A stretch of DNA of 62,808 nt, filler included, from Choristocarpus tenellus KU-1152 (GCA_964200185.2; 8 parts of 8 records of this genome joined end to end with filler, not necessarily neighbours in it), one strand, 5' to 3'. Positions 39,388 through 52,853 are shown, counted from the whole stretch's first letter. Numbers and translations are program-made. The notes: generated from the sequence alone by a model not told the origin.

Positions 39388-42300
39388 ATGTCCGCGCAAT
39401 ATGAAGGGGATGTCAACCTAACCCTTGAACGTCACGGCAAGGGTTCCTACGATTATCGTAACCATCCCTTCAGGTGATCCCATGACCAAGGAATCGACAT
39501 TTCATTGCGTTTTCCGTGTTCGAAGGTCAATCATTACAAGATAACTCGTCTTTTCTTTGTCTTCCTCTTCGTGTTGAGGCAGATTTGAGGGTGACTGGGT
39601 TTCGGGACGGAAACACGGTTTTGGAAAGTTCTCGGTTCTGGGTGGTATCACTTTCGAGGGAAGTTTCGTCAACGGTGAGATCGAGGGCCCTGGGACAAAA
39701 ATATGGCCAGATGGGCGTCGTTATGTGGGAAATTTTCACCGTGGCGAGGCCTCTGGAGTTGGTTCTTTCACTTCCCCTAATGGTGAAAAATATGAGGGTT
39801 GCTGGAAAGAAAATCGAAGGGATGGCGAGGGAAAATTGGATCTCCCAAATTGCCTTGGGACCTATCAAGGGGGTTTCCAGTGCCACAGGTGAACGGTGGT
39901 CACCTCGTAGGAAGCTGCACTTTAGCATTTCATAAGATAGTCTAAAAAATTTCGTCGTGGTCAGCAGGACAAGCCTATCACAACTTGTGTTCTCCAATGT
40001 CAGGTACAACGGAAGGGGTTTGCTAAAACTGAGCAATAACTTTGAGTTCGAAGGAGACTACAAGAGTGGCAAAAAACATGGTTGGGGACGTGCCGTGTAT
40101 CCTGGAGGTAGCACCTATGTTGGAATGTGGCAGGACGATCTGAGAAGCGGACCCGAAGGATTATACATTTGTGGAGTCACCGGTATCCAATGTGAAGGGG
40201 CTTGGGAGGAGGGATTACTAACCCGCCGAGCCTCACGGGTGGTCGTCGAGGTAGAAGGAAAAAAAGCAGATGAGCTTATCGAGGAGGGCGTTAACATTAA
40301 AACCAGAAGGGGTAGCCACAAAGGCAAAGACAAGGTCAAGCGTACTGCGAGAAAGAGCAAGGCAAATGTTTCTGGGAACTACAAAGGGGAAGACGAGGAT
40401 GCAGGATTGAAACGCCTCAAGATTCGTGTCAGGGACAATGGGTTGCTGCCCACATTCTGGTGTCGTTGCGTTTGTGATATACATAAGGTATGTTGCCAAC
40501 ACTCACTTGCACTTGTTTTCCACACACAAATTCTTGCTGACTCTGTTGAAGAATCTTGTCCCAATGAAAAAGTGATGCCTGTTCCATTGAAATATGGCTT
40601 AAGATTCAAATCAATTGAGAGGTAGGCGAGTTTGGACCCTATTGCATTCCAAGTCATCCTTCTTACCCTGTGCAATACAATCTATTTCAGCTTTATGTAC
40701 GCATTAGTGTGTGCAAAATTTATATTCTCCCTTTTTACACACAAAGTGACACCACAATTCAGCAAATGCTCTTTCTACAATTGAACAAAATGGCATCTTG
40801 TTGCCGTTTATTGGGATCCTTAAACTGCAAGCCTGCCTACTACCTCTCAGCTCGTTTGGCTCTGAGACGGCAGTGCATGGGGGCTATATGAAGTTGAAGG
40901 GATCCAACATGAACTCTGACTTTTGCATTCCTCCAATTCAATTGTTGTGTTGGATCATGAATTATTTTGAGCTTTGACTTTGATACCCCTTAGTTAAAGG
41001 AAGTATAATTGAGGTGAGTGGATTGTGCATCAAAGAAGTGTAAAATGTATATACATTGGAACATACATTGAAATGGTTAACTTTATCAAGTTGCCATCTT
41101 CCTTAGTGCTGTAGTAGTTAAGAACATGATCAATAAACAAAACCATGTACCCTGAAGCACGAGGAATAGTACATAATAAACTGTACCACGTAGTATCTAA
41201 TGAACACAATAAATTCGGATGCCCAAACAGAAGTGTGGTGAGCATGTGTGTAGTCACAAGATCAAAAAGGACCCCAAATATGTTTTATTGGGAGGGGCCT
41301 ATTTATGTTGGCCTCCGATTTTTTTTTCAATGAAACATGGTCCATGCGAGTAGGCCATTCATTATCCATCCATGCAGATCTCAGAGACACTCATGTACCC
41401 TAGAGTAGTTGAAAAGACCTGCACCTAGTGATACAGGCCACTGGGAGCATAACAACAATGATGGGAACTGTTACATTTCAAGAATGAACCTTTCCCACAA
41501 TATCTACTCAATGATCGCCCCTTAGGTCTAGATTTGGGATTTGAAGTTCTCCTTTAGGATGGATAGTGTGTGCATGCACTTTTCCACTCCTACACACCAC
41601 TCATGAGCGTCGATCCTCCTCATTGACCAGTCGGGTGACTTCACCGTGCATAATAGTCCCACAGCTTTCAGAGAGGGAGAAGAAGGTAAGGACGAGGAGA
41701 AGAGTGAGCAAGGTGCAGCTGCAGACAAACTGGTTGAGGTTGTATCGGAGGAAAGTCACAGAACACTAGAAGTGACTCTACACAAGGTTAGGGTCAAATG
41801 GAATTGTGTTCTGAACAGAAATATGTGATTGTCTCTACAAACACGTGTCACTCCAATTGATTGTAGCCTCTTTCTTGCAGTTTCTGTTTGTGTATTTCAA
41901 AGAGAGGTGTGAATGGAACTACACACCTATCTGCAACTATTTGTGTACCTTCTTCATTTTATGCGGTACTATGCATACATGTGACAGTCACAGAGTTTAC
42001 CCTCAAAAGACTGTACTTGTCCTACTATACCTCCTACTCTCCTCTTACCTCAAAGCAAAGATCCTGCAGTTACAGTTGTATTGTTCAACGTATACACCAG
42101 CATGGTACGATGTATTTCTTAGCACACCTATACTTCCTGTACACACATACTTGAGATTAACACAGAAACTCAAAAATAGAAGCAACAACACCTGAGTATT
42201 GCTAATCATGGCACAGAGTACTGATAGCGACATGTGCACCCTTACCTCTTGGAGGTTGGAAGATAGGAGTATATTATTCTGGTATTGACACTTCAGAAAA

Positions 42301-45300
42301 ATTTCCAAACAAGAATATGATTGATACCCAAAAGAACCCAGAATGTGTAATCAACTATCGAGTGCCACTAGGCACGTTCAAACTAAGGAGTAGGATCTGT
42401 CCATCCCTATCCAACAACTGTATAGACATTTCAACTATAGCGATCTTGCTTCAACCACATGTTTGTTGGACTACTGTTCTAGAGATGTTCCCTTCTATGG
42501 TCTCCAGTCACTCACTCTTGCCCGAGAAGCAAATGAGGTCCATCTTGTCAACATCAACATCTCTCAATGAAAATCTGAATTGCTAGCTCTAATTTAGTGC
42601 TGATCCTTTCTCTCCACATGGTTCCTCTATAGGTGGAGCATGGAGAGGAATTGGAGTGTGCTACCAATGCCACAGTTGCTGGTGAGGGCATCAGCGGTCC
42701 CATTGGCTTCTTTTTAATGAGACCAAATGTCTCAGATATCTCTGAGGATGTCCGAAGGTTCCCACCAGGCGGGTGTATAGCACTCTTCCAATTGGATAAA
42801 TGCCTCAAACAGAGGGACAAAATCAACAGCAGTCCCAGTCTGCTGCTGCCCTTTTCCTTTGCTAAAGCTGGGAGTAGAGACAGCAAAGGAGAGGTGGGAG
42901 GGGAGTATGAAGTCTGTGGAGGAGAGAGACAGGAGCAAAGCCAAACCATTGTCCAGGACAACAATTCATCAGCAATGGTGCAGCAAGGAAAAAAGGGTGA
43001 AGTGGACTCAAACCGGTGTGTTGTTGTGAGTTGCATAGAGGATTTAGGCAACCCCGCAGAAAAAAGGGTGGGGGTAGGAGCAAGGGTCGGGGAGGTGAAA
43101 GGTCTCATTACCCCAGCACTTTTCCTGCCAAATAATCTATCACATGGGCTAACCTGCCAGGGAAGTGACAGCTTGTTCGACAAGCAGAGCATAGATGAAC
43201 CTGGTGGCAATGCAGAGGTTCCATCTGCTGCCAGTGTAGTTTCCAGGGCTGAAACCGTGAGCGGGGTCTGTGTTGGGGATGGAGATGATGGTGCTGTAAG
43301 CAATTGTGTGGCATTGCCCATTGAAGAGACTAAGGTCGAGGGGCAGGGAGAGATGATCAATTCAGGGTGTTTCACGGTATCTATTGACTATCATCTTTTT
43401 GTGGACCAAGAGGTGTTGCATAGGATAACCTCTGAAGAGCTGAGGGATGCAGGGACAGTGGGGGGAACTAATCAAGCACCGTGGCAGGTGAAAATACCCA
43501 TTATTTGCTGCAGGGGTTGGTTTTCCATAGTTAGAGTTCTGCATCACCAGGCTGCCCAACCTGTAGATCCTCAGGGAGTCTGTTCGGGGGAAGGAGAAGA
43601 CCTGGACATTAATGGGGTTCAAAATGCAATCAAAACTTCCTCGACTCCTTCCACGGAAGGTGCCCGAAAGGCCAGTGTTGACGTAATCGAACAACCTAGA
43701 CATGACAAATGGCAATGTGCTGGATTCATAGTGCAGGTGGGTTCCATGGTGACAGAGTTGACCTGCCCATGTGCGCATGATGAGCAGAAGATGATAGAAA
43801 CTGTGGACAGGGATCAGTATGTTAGTCAAGGCACTGAAGACAGCAGTGCGGAAGACAGTAGTGCCGACAAATGCTTCTGTGGGCTGGGTTCATGGCACTC
43901 TGTAGCCTTGACTGTGGACAGCCACCGACAGGAGGCGTGCATTTCCATTGATGGCAAGATCTTCCCCATCTCATCGCCCCCATCGCTACCAACAACCCCA
44001 TTATCAGCGGAAAGTTTGCCAAAAAGAGATGGCTGTGTGGAGGTTGGGGGTGTAGGCAATGAGGCAAGCGATAAAGATGGGGTTCCATGGGGACAATGGG
44101 CAGGCCTCGCAGTGAAAAACCTGGCAATCTATAACAGGGGATTGGCAGCAAAGCAACTGGCATCTGTTACTGGGTTGTACAGGAAATGGCGAAGGGAACA
44201 AGTTGAGGGAGAGGAATCCAAGAGGCACTGGGACGTCAACACAGGGGTGGAATCTACATCAGTGATAGAGTGGAAGGATGTGGAAGCAACAGGTAATGCC
44301 TAAGAAATGTGGTAACTATAAAATGTATGACATGTGCGGCTCCAACAAGCGGCACTCCATAGGACAGTGGTTAATTTCTTTAAATAATCTGTTACATGTA
44401 CCACATGGGATAGTTTCAGGGATGATAGGTTATCTCCCCACCTTTTTCATTGATCGTAGTTTCAAGCCATGAGGTGGAGATATTGCCGCCCCCATGCATG
44501 TGTTTGGTACATGGTGTGACTTCCCTGGAACAATATTGGAAACGAAAGGAAGTTTGCATGAAGTAGGAAAATCTTGGGGAGAGAGTCGGTCAATGCCAAA
44601 TCCTAGAATTTTATTTGTTGACCTGATTTTTTCCAGGCTCATTTGAAGCTCAGTAGGTCGACCTAACTTAAATTTGTACCACGTCATGCTGAGGAGTCAG
44701 TGCTATTCCGCAAGGAAATATAAAGTGCTACATAGCAACATTGTGCTTGGTAAGGTCCATATCTAAACCTTACTTTACCTAATTCATCAGCATACCATCC
44801 AGCTGGAGAATTTGGGTAGAGCCACTGATAAATTCAATGTTCCATTTCTCCATTCAAGTGTGTACTTGTAAGAAATGCCGCGCACCCGATCCCTACTGAC
44901 CCACCCACCCTGACCAGCTCATCACTGGGAGAAAATACCCTCCAATCATCAACCTCAAGACCTGAGTGTTTCCAACATAGGAGATGAAAATATAAGTTTG
45001 GGGCAGCCCAAAGGTAACACTGACCTACGAGAAAGCAGCAAATTATGGTGTATGTACACTGCTTGTTATTAACACCAATGGTTTACCAATATGCACTCTT
45101 CACAAGTCCCCTTGAAACCAACCAGTATGCATAAAATACACAAAAACCTCCTGTGTTAGACTTTCGGAGTGTCCTCATACCCACTCCTCCATGTACCTTT
45201 AAAGCATCATCTCATAGATTGTACCACCCTTTATTCTACATGCGTACGGTCAGAAACTGTGCCTGGGACTTGTGAAGTGACCAAGGTTAGGCGAAAAACT

Positions 45301-45686
45301 TGGCGTGGCGAGGCCTGTTTCAGCAGGATTGTCCTCCCAAAGGTTTGAAACTAGCAATAGAAGATATTTAATGTGATCTGGGAGTGCCATCGCAACAACG
45401 GAAGAATTTTCCCACAAAACATTGTGGAGAAAACCCATTGGCCGTAACCTCAGTCCAGGACATATATTGTAAGCCAGGATCCTTCCCTCTCCTGTCTGTT
45501 TTGCTCACCATGCCCGCAGCACTTCTCCGAAGTGTAATACACAAAACCTGTTGTTCACAACCCTTCCCTTTTATATCAGGAATCAATTTTGAGTGCTCCC
45601 CCTTTCAATACAAACTCCGCCTCTTCTCAGGTATGCGTGACAGAGGAGGGACAATGGGTACTGGTTATCAGGGATGCTTCTCATGA
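39388..45686 (+). CDS. MORN-repeat protein (MORN1-like) with a long C-terminal extension containing a probable LamG/ConA-like domain
   Basis: Exons 39388-39473 (MSAQYEGD..RHGKG), 39583-39888 (FEGDWVSGRKHGFG, YVGNFHRGEASGVG, YEGCWKENRRDGEG), 40004-40487 (FEGDYKSGKKHGWG, YVGMWQDDLRSG), 41631-41786 (EESHRTLEVTL) and 42633-44292 (WHSVALTVD...ISIDGK...NLAIYNRGL), all with GT-AG boundaries. The terminal exon 45630-45686 is tentative. Confidence 0.82.
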
Positions 45687-45874
45687 TGCTAGTCCCAATG
45701 AGGGTAGTTTGGCCACAGCAGAGGAGATAGAGGTAATCCCATCTATCCAGGGAGAGACCATAAATATCGTGGCAGAGTGAGGACTGCAGGGGGGGGGCAT
45801 GGAGAGTAAAGCTTCCCCTGTAGGTAGAGGTACTGATTGGAGAGGTGAGCTCAACTGGAGAGCATGGATGGCAA

Positions 45875-45908
<34 letters not shown>

Positions 45909-46495
45909 CTGTCTGAGGCTGCGCCTGGAACACCAAGAATGTGCTATGTTGTACTGTAGATATTCCTTGAAGTCAGGGCCACGTGATTGAGAGCAATAAA
46001 GTTTTAGAAATAACGGAAGTGCTTGTGGATCATGTATTTTCCAAGGGGAAATATTTCATAGTGAGCCTACCTGGGGGTGCCAATGATTGAAAGGGGCCTC
46101 TATAACTGTCTTCTGAACTTGATATGTGTAGGATAATGTATTAGGGAAAAAGACAATTTCCTTCATCTGGACATGTCATCTACACCCACAGACTACTGGT
46201 GGGGTTACTTGCATTTGTACCATGGAAATGAGGTGTTACATCTCACAAGTCCGTTACAATCAAAGCAGCCAAAATCACCCCCCTTAAGGATACTCCTTCT
46301 CATATCCCCTTCAGCTGGAAGGCACCCCCAATGCGATACAGTTTGTCTCCCAATGATGGGAACCTAAATCATATGCAAATCTACCAGAGCAGCTACAAAT
46401 AGCAACAGCGTACCCATGAAAGCATAGAGGAGAGCAGAAAGAACCGGTCGGACATAAAATGTCCCTGCTTGCAGGAAAGTGCACCTGAGTACAAT

Positions 46496-49297
46496 TCAGA
46501 TGGTCCAGACACGGTACTGGCCCTCTGTGCCCCAATAATTCTCAGGCTGACACCGAACTGGCAATGGCTTTCCGAGTGGGTGAAATTCCAAAGCCGAGTT
46601 GACTATCCTGTACCTGACACATCACAGCACCAGCAATGCAGGGGAAAGCTGTGTGACTTGTGCTCCATGGGGCCCAGGTGTGAAGGGTGGAGTAAAAAAG
46701 GGGAAGGAGTAGAAGTAGGTGGGACCTGACATCTAATGAATGTGTGTGTGTGTGTGTGTGTGTGTGTGCCCTATTGACTATTAATAAGTGTGTTGTGGTT
46801 GATCTTGTGTGTTCGGTGCAAACAACAAAAATTACGATAATGTCACTCTGGTTGTAAATATAATCTCGGGGGTGGGAGCAGGGGGGGAGGTAGGGCTGAG
46901 ACTATCTGCTGCAGCAAAGACAGAAGTAGCAGCCGACAAATAGTCAACTATTTGTTGCAAAGGGATATCAGATGATACCTCAGCCAGCACCTACTGAGGC
47001 AAGGAAGCCACAAGCCCCAGTCTATGTTACTCACTCTGGAGTGCAGTCAATCCAGTTCCCACAAAGACTCGGCAGAACTTGTTCATCACAGCAGAAGCAC
47101 AACAACTTCCCACACAAAGGCAAGGAAACTGCTCTTACCTCTTCCCAGTGGGTGATTTAGGGTCCTCCTCAACCTCGCCCAGTCTCAACCCTGATCGGGT
47201 ACAAAAGATTGGCGAACTTGTCGCTCCTGCTGGGTGTGAGGGAGCCCGACTATCTTTGCGTTCTATAATATGCTCCTGGTCACAAGGCTCAAAGAAACTG
47301 CACCCAAAGAGGGCGCACAGGGTGGGTAGGGGTGAGGGCAAGTAAAGGCAATCAAATCTTTATTACGGACAGAAGAAAATGGCAACAGAACATGAAACAA
47401 AGAGTATTGATAAAAATGAAGCAATACCAGGGCCTTGAAGATGTCTGTGCCCACATATGTCTCATATAGTCTTCCCTCGATAGGAAATATTGCTGAACCC
47501 AACAAATAACTTTTCATGATGTGAAAAGTAGACCAAAAATGCATGCAACATCATGCCACACTTCAAATACTCCAATACCACAACCTGTCCTCCTGCTAAT
47601 TCTCCTTCCTCACTGAAGAGACACAAGCCCGTGGCATGAGCCAAAATACAAGAAGGTGTACCTATCTTTCTTCTCCTCATCTTGCTCGGCACAAGAGAGA
47701 GAGCACTGCAGTCATGTATGGCACTCTCACACACCCTTGCACTTCTGTTGCGCGTGATATACCTTTCACAGGAATCTCCCTCTCGCGGCTCCAGCCTGCA
47801 CCCAGAGGTGAAAAGTGGAAGACCTCCGATAATGCAAGCATACAGACCCTTTTCCTTTCTTAATCAACAGCAATAGAGAGGGGAAGCATTTGTCAGGACG
47901 GCGACGGGTTGAGGGGGAACGGCCCAAGTGTTGTCAGTTTCTGTTGAACCCCAAGTCGGTTTAGCTGATCAGCATGCTCTCTTAGGCTGTATGTTGTGTA
48001 TGGATGCTACCAACCAAAACCAAGCAATGCGTGGCAAGATACTAAAATGCGTCAAAACCCTTGTGACACATTACTGGACGATGTCTATTGATGAAGTAGA
48101 ATTGTCCTGTTCCTACAAAGTAGAGCTCTGGACTGTGAAGCACCTGAGCATGATAAACTGGTTGTTGATCTCTTCATTTCCATTCTCCTGCTGTTCCTGG
48201 AGGGCTCTTAAACGCGTCTCTGGCAAGTCACACATATCATCTTTGACCTTTTGAACTCAAACGTACAAAGGGTCAAACGTGGAGTTGTGGTGGTTTGGAG
48301 AGTCAGTGGTAACATGGTTATGTCGCAATAAACAGGGTAATGCCGCGCGAAGGTAGCAGGGGTGATCTTTTGGAATATGTATGGCATTAGGTGATGTGTT
48401 CCGTTGAAGGGTTTCCCATCAGACAAACGACACCTGAACAACACATCAGAGGTTAATTTACCAACTATTGGTAGTTTGGGGTCACAGGAGCAAAATGTTT
48501 TATTTCAGAAGCATGCAAATGCAGTGGCGCACAGCATAAGAACTGGCAAAGCAAACACAGATAAATAACAGTGGTGCCGAGAAGGCGGGTATGTGGGGGA
48601 TCAAGTTGTGGGTCGAAGACGCCTCTCGCCTCTTCCGATGTCATGGGAGTCAGATCATGCCCACTACCCGAGAGCTTGGTAAATCTTGTTGCCAGGTATG
48701 AATCCCGAGTGGTTAGTTCCTGCATCCGCAGAAAGGACAAGAAGAACCTCCTAGTCATGTTAAGGCGAGGAAAAACTTGAGCAATTAATGCCCATCTATT
48801 TGGGCTTTGGGGATACATTGACCAGACCAAATTGGGAAAAACACTCTCATCAGGGAAGGCCAAAACTCTCATCGTCGAATAGAGGCAGGCTATACATTGA
48901 CAGTGAGGTTATTACCTTACCTACGATGTATTTCGAGAAAAGTGAAACATCAAATGAAATGTTGTAATGGTTGCAATAGGGCGCAATACTTTAGGACGTA
49001 TTCATCATGTCGACAGGCATTTTGCCACGATTCCATTGCGAACCCGAGAGTAGGAAAAATTATCTTCTGTGATGGAACGATTCTAACCTCTTTGATACCC
49101 TCCCTTGCGATCTCATCGTCCATTCGTATCGTGTTAGCTCTTCTGGCCCTCCTGCATTGGCCTCGTGTTACATGTTCGTTCGTAAAGTGTCGTGACGATC
49201 CAGAGATAAAGGTGGATAAGCAGACGACGAGACCCTCTCCAAGGAAAGAGATATCAAATAAAAGGACTGTAGTCACGATCAATCGAGGAAGTACCAT
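46496..49297 (-). CDS. MsrB/SelR-fold protein with degenerate catalytic motifs; complete 6-exon model with N-terminal presequence
   Basis: Exons 49297-49088, 48719-48630, 48247-48144, 47858-47763, 47297-47139, 46613-46496 (TGA); all phases join and there are no internal stops. Translation includes SGSGHDLTPMTSEE, KEKGLYACIIGGLPLFTS, SFFEPCDQEHI and FCTRSGLRLGEVEEDPKSPTGKRYRIVNSALEFHP, collinear with MsrB (GxYxCxxxxxPLFxS...SF...HLGHVFxDGPxPTGxRYCINSxxLxFxP). Confidence 0.82.
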
Positions 49298-49757
49298 GAT
49301 CAAGAAATCTGCGAGGAGTTGCGAATCGAGATAGACCGTTCTACGAGTTGGGATTAATAGATTCAACTACTACACAGATAAGGAGTTAGTATTCCTTGAG
49401 AGGCAGTATGTACTATGATGGCTTCTCAAGATCAGTTGATGTTGGTACTATATCAATATCGACACAGGGATGCACAGAACCACTTCACCGTAGTCCAAGA
49501 AACTAGGAGTGCTGTGTTTCTCTGGTATGCCGAGTTGTATTAGATTCCCCTACTTGTTGTTGCAGGTGTATTTATTGAGCATAATGTTGAGATCGTGAAT
49601 GAACTGTTGAAGTATCGCATTCTTGCTCCTCGCCGCCCCCTCCTCTCGGTGTTGTCGCCAGAGGGTGCTACCAGGTTCAAACCTACACCGTGTGCCACAT
49701 CGACGGGTTAGGAAAAATTCTCACAATTGAAACGATCGTGCACCTACTGCAGGGGAA

Positions 49758-51570
49758 ATGATTATCCGAGTGAGGACACATGTGGGAGTTTGGCGGGTGA
49801 ACGACCTGTCTTCGAACACTACAATCAGGGAGCTCCGCCAACGGCTGAGCATAGAGCATAACGCTGACCTCTCCGATGGGAGGCGCCAACCGCTTACTCT
49901 TCGTCCAAACCCTAAGGGTGAAGCCGCGGGCCTGCCGCTGACAGCTACCCTGGGATCTTTGGGACTAGGTCATGGTGACATGGTTCATCTACACTTGGAC
50001 GAGAGCATGCAAGGCATGGCACACGAGGTATTATCTTCGTCTGTTCTTTCCTTCGCTGTCCTGTGTCCCCCTCTCCCAAACTCTAGTTCCTTACGCGTCG
50101 GCGTGGGGTACGCGGAAGAAGATAATGATTCCAGACTCGTGACTTGTATTACTATGGGGGTATACTGACATCACCTCACAGACCTTGCTCATCGCTGCCT
50201 TCGCGTAAACCCCATTTGTTTGAACGAGGACAAGATCCTTTTTTCGTGTGTGTGCTAAACTGTGCAGTCAAGGTTGTTACTTGTAGAACAGTCTATTGCC
50301 ACAATGTACATAGCGCTTGCCGAGATAGCCGAGGGTGAAGCTTCTTCCTGATTACTACTCTTGTGCTTGCCCACGCGCAAGACTCTTGCATGCATTACGA
50401 GTCCCTACTAAACTAAAAACTAGGGACGTATGCACTATTCTTGACATGACTAATTTAGTGTCACAACCCCTCTCATCCTTGTCCTAGTGTTCGTTTGCCC
50501 TCAGAGAGAACCTTTCTTCTACCGTGTTAGGCGACATGCTCCATGCCCCCCTCAATACATTCCTATACCTTGATACTTATTTTTGATTTAGGAGGCGGTG
50601 GGTCCAAAGAAGATCAATGCGGATGGCACCATCGTTCAGCAGACCTTTGAAGATATCTCAAGGAAGACTGGCTTCCGGCCTGGAATGATGAGTCTCAGGA
50701 GGTATGTGTGTGTACCACATTTACTTTAATAAGAATATATGTTGTGTTTATAGCTTTCGGTGATTGGAATGGACAGTTCCAAGGCTAAAATATACACCAC
50801 CGCATTGTTTTGTGTGGTAAGGATGAAATGGGAGGAAGGCATCACTATATGACTACTTGGGTCATTTGAAGTGTGTTCATCCCTCAGATGTTGTTCACTC
50901 GCCTTCATGACAACTGAGCAAGCTATATTTGCTTCGTATAGCACCATGGTTTAGTGGCCTGTGACCGTTTTGATCAACTACGGCTTACTAAGTCTGCCTG
51001 ACGTTGAAAGACGGTAGGCACCTGCTTGCTCTCGGGGCCTGTAACTGACTTTTTGAGTAGCTGAAAAAATGGGGTTTGTGCTGCTGCTTGTGTATTTTAT
51101 ATTATGCCCTGTTTACTCTTTTCTTGGATTGCCTCCTGACCCATGCTATAATCCCACACCCATGTACAAGCCCACATGTGTACTCAATAAACACACCCCA
51201 CAATGACTTCACGCAAAGGCTTGATAACATCTAAGCAATGCAACCAAGTGCAATACATCAAACCAGACACCATGGCCTTCATTTACGTGCAGGTCCTGCT
51301 TTCCTTGACCCTACTCCTCATGTACTTCCAAAGCACTATGGTCCTAGGCTCAAACTCAACTGCCAGTGTAAAAACTAAGTACTTTCCCTTCGAATCCCTC
51401 CCCAGCATGAAGATGAAGTGGACTCTCTCGGACTTTACGGAAATGAATGATACATTCACCTTCAGACTCAAGAAGCCTGAGAAGGCTATCTGCCAGAAAG
51501 TCAGCTTGGTCACACCTGCCTGCAACAGCTTCCAGTCGTATGTCAGGCAGTTTGGTTTCCACAGGAGCAG
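49758..51570 (+). CDS. NPL4: Nuclear protein localization 4 (Cdc48/p97 cofactor), 5' part, 3 exons
   Basis: Exons 49758-50027 (MIIRVRTHVGVWRV...TLGSLGLGHGDMVHL, a ubiquitin-like N-domain), 50592-50701 (PKKINADG..GFRPGMMSLR) and 51406-51570 (MKMKWTLSDF...CQKVSL...NSFQSYVRQFGFHRSR). GT-AG boundaries and phases are consistent. Truncated by the spacer at 51749. Confidence 0.85.
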
Positions 51571-51852
51571 GTGAAACAGGAGTGTTCTATACCAGTGGAA
51601 GGATGGAGAGGTTCTTATGTAGTGGTTAAGGTTTATTTTGTAGTCTGGATTTTCGTCACGAAAAGAAGTACCTGTTATTGTGATACTGAGCCAACAGCAC
51701 GCATTTGCGGGGGGGGGGGGGGCGTCCTAGCATATATCTCTTGCTCATNNNNNNNNNNNNNNNNNNNNNNNNNNNNNNNNNNNNNNNNNNNNTTAATTAA
51801 TTAANNNNNNNNNNNNNNNNNNNNNNNNNNNNNNNNNNNNNNNNNNNNCCAC

Positions 51853-51917
<65 letters not shown>

Positions 51918-52693
51918 ACAAAAAAAGAACATGCAAACACACACACTCTACTCCACTCGAACTCCACACACTTGATAACTGGAGAAGTAGTAACATCATA
52001 CCCAGACTACGCTTTTCAGTTTTGTGGAGCATACAATCTCAAGGTATACACGTGTCCATGTTTAGATCAATCTCTGGCAGGTGTTGTAGGGTGGCTAGTT
52101 GAATTTAATGCCAACACAAACCCTCCACAAAAGGTTGCACCAGCAACTCTTCAGAAAAAAAGAGAGAACATTTTTTTTTTGTGTTGGCATTAAACACCGG
52201 AAAAAAAAGAGAAAACATTTTTTTTTTGTAAGTTGAGTGCAAGCTGTCCTATCTTGTCATCACATCACCCAAGCCTGACACGTCACATCCATCTTCATCC
52301 AGGAAAAATTACTAAAACAAAAAAAAATCCACGTATCAAATCTCTCCTTTTTTTCTCATCTAAAGAGAAAAATAACAAAATGCCTATCTATCATTTTTTT
52401 TTTTTATGGCTCTTTGTTTGCCTCCAAGATATTTCTTAACATCAACAATATATGCATATATAGATATATATACACATACACACATATAAATATATACACG
52501 TATACACATATATGTATACATAGGCTTCCATGTGAACTTGATAAAAGTCAGGGTCACTTCTGATTTAAAAAATAGAAGGCAGGGAGACCGCTTCAAGGAC
52601 CACACCTAGGGCAGCACAAAAATTTGGCACTAGTGCAATCTTCTTGTCCAGAAAATAATTCCAGGGAGAAAAATTGGCAGTTTTTTTGTTTTA

Positions 52694-52853
52694 CATGTTT
52701 ATCATTCTCACAGCATTACCATGTTTATCATTCCCATGGCATTACCATGTTTATCATTCCCATGGCATTACCATGTTTATCGTTCCCATGGCATTACCAT
52801 GTTTATCATTCTCACAGCATTACCATGTTTATCATTCCCATGGCATTACCATG
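52694..52853. repeat. 26-bp minisatellite (CATTACCATGTTTATCATTCCCATGG)n, ~6 copies
   Basis: Read directly from the sequence. Confidence 0.95.

Noticed and set aside
51849-51917. Long poly-C/poly-G tracts (also at 16113, 20380 and 62775) as G-quadruplex elements
   Set aside because: Most lie at or near contig ends or in MITE B TIRs, where homopolymer length is unreliable. They more likely explain the assembly breaks.
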